Source: a virus
Lineage: Duplodnaviria > Caudoviricetes
Direction: 5' to 3' (one strand)
DNA length: 45,460 bases
IMG/VR virus record: IMGVR_UViG_3300017766_003504
Location: 1-45,460 of that record
Position numbers and translations under genes: made by a program. Each line of letters opens with the position of its first letter. Position 1 is the first letter of the stretch. The notes under the pieces are model-generated. The model worked only from the letters and a program-made list of their open reading frames with translations. It was not told where the DNA came from and made no database searches. Below, piece after piece: positions 44,161 to 45,460 of the stretch.

Positions 44161-44598
44161 TTAGTTAAAAGCCGGGTCTTCCATTGTCACAGGGGCGGAT
44201 TCAGTTTGTGTGCCAAGTGGGGTTGCATTTTTTGCGACAAGCGGGGAGTTTTCTTTGGCGAAGTATTCCGCAAGCTTTGCGATGCGGTCAATTCCGGGTT
44301 GGGTGAACCCCAAGCGAGCAAACCCGGCAGATGCGTGATTTTGGACCGTTTGGCAGCCAATGCCCATTTGGCGCGCAATCTCGGCGATGGGGATTCGTTG
44401 CGCGTAGCGTTGCAAGATTTGACGTTGGGTGGGTGTTAATTGCAGGATTCTCTTTTCTGGGATTTGCATTCCGTTTCTTCGCATTTGGTAAATTGTAGAG
44501 TGGAGGTTTGCCGGGTTGATTTTGAGTAACTGGCAAATTTCCTGATTGGATTTTCCCCGCTCCTTTAGGTGAATGATTGCACGTCTTTTTTGCGACAT
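44161..44598 (-). CDS. Tandem-HTH (LuxR/sigma region 4-like) regulator
   Basis: 'GKSNQEICQLLKI' and 'LTPTQRQIL...IAEIARQMGIGCQTVQNH'. Confidence 0.7.
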   Translation of the reverse strand: MSQKRRAIIHLKERGKSNQEICQLLKINPANLHSTIYQMRRNGMQIPEKRILQLTPTQRQILQRYAQRIPIAEIARQMGIGCQTVQNHASAGFARLGFTQPGIDRIAKLAEYFAKENSPLVAKNATPLGTQTESAPVTMEDPAFN

Positions 44599-44942
44599 AA
44601 GAGGGAGTTTGTTGTGTCTGGTAACTAGTGTCAAATCATTTTTACCTAGTAGGGAAACGATTAGGCACACAGTATTCACCCTGTAAAGAAATGAAGATTG
44701 CCTAAATACCAAAAACTAAATCTTGTTTGAAGATAAAAAGTAAAACCGTTTTGTTCATTATGAACAAATGCAACTTCTGTTTTGCTGTATGTCGTGAAAA
44801 CTGGTAGGTAGGCAAGGTAACCAGGTAATCCCTCTGTAAACACTGGTGCCTAGCACAAAATCCAAATTGCCTACTAGGTAAAAATGAATGCTAGCGCTTT
44901 GGATTGACAATGTGGGTTGTGAACTGGTAAACGGAGGGTCCA

Positions 44943-45221
44943 ATGGAATACCACTTTCAGAATCAAGGGCACGCGGAAGACGTGGTTAATCGCTATCGTT
45001 TCCTGTACTACGTGTGCGGAATACCGGCTGTTTCTGATGTGGCTTATGATGCGCTAGAAAGGTATGTAAAACAGCGTTGGGGTGTGAGCGTGTGCGATAC
45101 TGTGGGGAGTGACCAACTGGGCGACTATGCGCGTTATATTCAATTGGGGGTGCGACCAAATCGGGACGAACGTGAGGAAAGGGACAAGGCTATTGCGCGC
45201 CGATGGATGGAGAGCTTGTGA
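44943..45221 (+). CDS. Standalone NAD-dependent DNA ligase domain Ia-like protein
   Basis: 'YRFLYYVCGIPAVSDVAYDALE...TVGSD' matches the LigA Ia pattern YY..D.P.ISD..YD.L. Confidence 0.65.
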   Translation: MEYHFQNQGHAEDVVNRYRFLYYVCGIPAVSDVAYDALERYVKQRWGVSVCDTVGSDQLGDYARYIQLGVRPNRDEREERDKAIARRWMESL

Positions 45222-45226
45222 GCGCT

Positions 45227-45390
45227 GTTTACGGGTAAACTAAATTGGGCTGTTTACGGGTAAACAACACCAGTGGAGACAACGTGATAAAAGTTTACTG
45301 GTAAACGTAGGGTTTACGAATAAAGCTTTACGGGTAAAATAGAGGTTTACTGTAAACGTTTACGGGTAAACGTAGGGTTTACGAATAAAC
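45227..45390. repeat. Array of ~8 palindromic GTTTAC-NN-GTAAAC motifs
   Basis: Copies start at 45227, 45252, 45293, 45312, 45326, 45345, 45358, 45377. Confidence 0.85.
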
Positions 45391-45449
45391 CCCACCCCGG
45401 TAAGGAATCTCTTGCTGCGAAAGTGAGTTTTGCCTTCCCTTCTTCTCCT

Positions 45450-45460
45450 AGATCGGAAGA
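45450..45460 (+). other. Probable Illumina adapter remnant
   Basis: Terminal AGATCGGAAGA is identical to the start of the TruSeq adapter AGATCGGAAGAGC. Confidence 0.7.

Noticed and set aside
45227-45390. CRISPR array
   Set aside because: Repeats are only 13-14 bp with 0-27 bp irregular spacers. No cas operon is present; the Cas4-like ORF is a typical phage DUF2800-type nuclease.
45450-45460. Biological terminal repeat or cos sequence
   Set aside because: Matches the Illumina adapter start, so probably technical. It may still mark a physical DNA end.

Overview
This window is an apparently near-complete ~45.5 kb tailed-phage genome (Caudoviricetes, siphovirus-like) with two opposed arms. The + strand (~100-24194) carries the packaging, head, tail and lysis genes: small terminase, lambda GpA-type large terminase, gpW-like protein, lambda-type portal, protease/scaffold, decoration protein, major capsid protein, tail genes with a -1 frameshift chaperone, a short tape measure, repetitive fibres, an M15 endolysin, a holin-like protein and a lipoprotein. 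The - strand (~24191-44600) carries the replication and early genes: HNH nuclease, SNF2 helicase, VRR-NUC nuclease, family A DNA polymerase, DUF2815-type SSB, DUF2800-type nuclease, ParB-like protein, primase-helicase, XRE repressor and many small ORFs. No integrase, tRNA, rRNA or CRISPR array was recognised. Most notable observations: (1) the polymerase intein hides an HNH endonuclease in an overlapping reading frame; (2) the polymerase is also split by an inserted, translationally coupled ORF and frameshifted near its N-terminus; (3) an Erv1/Alr-like sulfhydryl oxidase sits in a Cys-rich tail module; (4) four unrelated proteins end in the same NLDDY-stop tail, with different synonymous codons; (5) a TCTTG-N10-CAAGA operator family precedes early genes; (6) a palindromic GTTTAC-NN-GTAAAC array lies near the right end. 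All family assignments come from motif recognition by eye, not from database searches.
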